The notes below the pieces were generated by a model. That model was not told the DNA's origin and made no database searches. It saw only the letters and a program-made list of their open reading frames with translations. A DNA stretch of 64,000 bases, from positions 46,125-110,124 of the forward strand of contig RBZT01000337.1 in the NCBI GenBank assembly GCA_003693705.1, written 5' to 3'. Both the position numbers and the translations under genes were made by a program. Source of the stretch: Polymyxa betae A26-41. Taxonomy: Eukaryota > Protista > Endomyxa: Phytomyxea. Positions within the stretch are counted from its first letter, which is position 1. The number at the start of each line of letters is the position of its first letter. Of the stretch, positions 62,840 through 64,000 are shown piece by piece.

Positions 62840-64000
62840 CTCCCTCCGTTCAAAAATAAGTGTCGGAAATGGGTTTGGAAAATATTCAAAAATAAGTGTC
62901 GCAAATTTTGTCTCAATAAGTCCGTTACAGGTACACGTCTAGAAACAATTAGATCTCGCTTTATTCATCAGTCTCTAAGCATCTCAATGCTTGATTGATG
63001 ACGTTCTGTTCAACACTGATTTGCAAGGGAAGACGGTTCTCCCTGATCATCTTCTGCTTCCCCAGATGGGGAATTTTGTAATCGTTTCCCCCCTCGCTTT
63101 TCATTGACTCCAGCATGCATGTTTGTAATGTCAGGAACACGCAGTTTAACGCTTGATCTGGCATGTCGAAAAAGGACTGCTGCACTACATATATGAGCTC
63201 ATCCACGCTTACAAACTTCTTCTTTTGCTGCACAGCCTGAATGGCTCGGAAAAATCCCAAATCTAGGACATTGAAGTCTGGACTGTTGGCTGGCTGGAAA
63301 CGTAGATGGACCTCCAGATTTTTCTCCCTCAAAGCAGACGCAGCTTGTAGGAATTCATCATCGTCAACTTGAATATGGGGCTTAGCATTATCCTGCTGTA
63401 TAAAGACAGGGAGATTAAGATCGTGACCGACCGGCCATTTTCTGCTCTATCAAGCATTTTCTGTATGTCTCCTTGTTTACGATGATATCTGTAGTTATCA
63501 AAGTCCCTGCCGGACGGTTTTTACTGGACCTTTGCGCTTTTGTCTTGGTAACAAAAGGCCAGATCCCCAATTTGCCATCAAAAATTACGTTTCCCTGACA
63601 CAGGTCGTGCGACTGCTGCCAGAAACATAACTTTCTGAATGGAGTTCTTGTTTTGACATGTTCTCACGGGGTTATCTTCGTCAGGCAGTAGGTAATATCG
63701 CTGAGCATCTTCGGTAACAAAAAACCATTTCTCATCGACGTGAATGGTGTCCAGCATCGAAGAAAATTTCGCCTCTGGGTCGGATAACTTAACTATATTC
63801 AGATGGTGTAGACAAAATCTGATTCTTTCGGTTTTGTCAACGGGATTTAATTTCGGTTTGATCTTATTCCGATGCCTTCTCAAGAATCCTTCTCGGAACC
63901 TGTTGTATAATGTCCCAGTTGAGACCTGTAACTCAGCTGCTAAGGTTGACATCGTTCTTCTATTTTCCAGTCCAATTTTACGAACTATTTCTCTGTCGAT
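62840..64000 (-). mobile_element. Tc1/mariner DNA transposon of the plant DD39D (Stowaway-parent) type; frameshifted transposase; runs off the window end
   Basis: TA + TIR CTCCCTCCGTTCAAAAATAAGTGTCG. Transposase motifs HVDEKWF, KVMFLAAVARP, FDGKLGIWPF, QQDNAKPH, QPANSPDFNVLDLGFF, GGNDYKIPH. Two frameshifts (~63590 and ~63440). Confidence 0.93.

Overview
This is a gene-dense eukaryotic window with about 35 protein-coding loci. The introns I could delimit are very short GT-AG introns (about 42-56 nt) and intergenic spacers are often under 150 bp. Ciliary and centriolar genes (IFT20, TTLL9, CFAP144/FAM183, SFI1-like), a hevein/CBM18-like secreted protein and the compact intron style suggest a flagellated, chitin-using protist. 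A plasmodiophorid/Phytomyxea plant parasite is my best inference, not proven. Recognisable genes: PA200/Blm10, GFAT, RPL31, a SET2/ASH1-type methyltransferase, a CUE protein, a PH-CLU-TPR protein, two kinesins (one apparently catalytically dead), LSm3, SmD1, PPase, PAF1, tepsin, APH-1, LRR-Sel1, ATP synthase gamma, NOL8-like, ATG11, PRP4, a LYR protein, aquaporin, eIF4A, ERGIC3-like and an alpha/beta hydrolase. Mobile DNA: a degenerate PIF/Harbinger element (TAA TSD), a plant-type mariner with a CTCCCTCCGT TIR and D-42-D spacing, and a related solo Stowaway-like terminus at the 3' end of ATG11. The most interesting signals are: a GlmS-type GFAT with a 38-aa cleavable-looking presequence in front of its catalytic Cys; a spliced, GPI-anchored divergent chitin-binding protein missed by the ORF track; the transposon end that appears to supply ATG11's stop codon; a pseudo-kinesin; and a recurring TCACG promoter motif. 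I saw no rRNA, tRNA or CRISPR array. Gene boundaries were assembled by eye and are approximate where stated.
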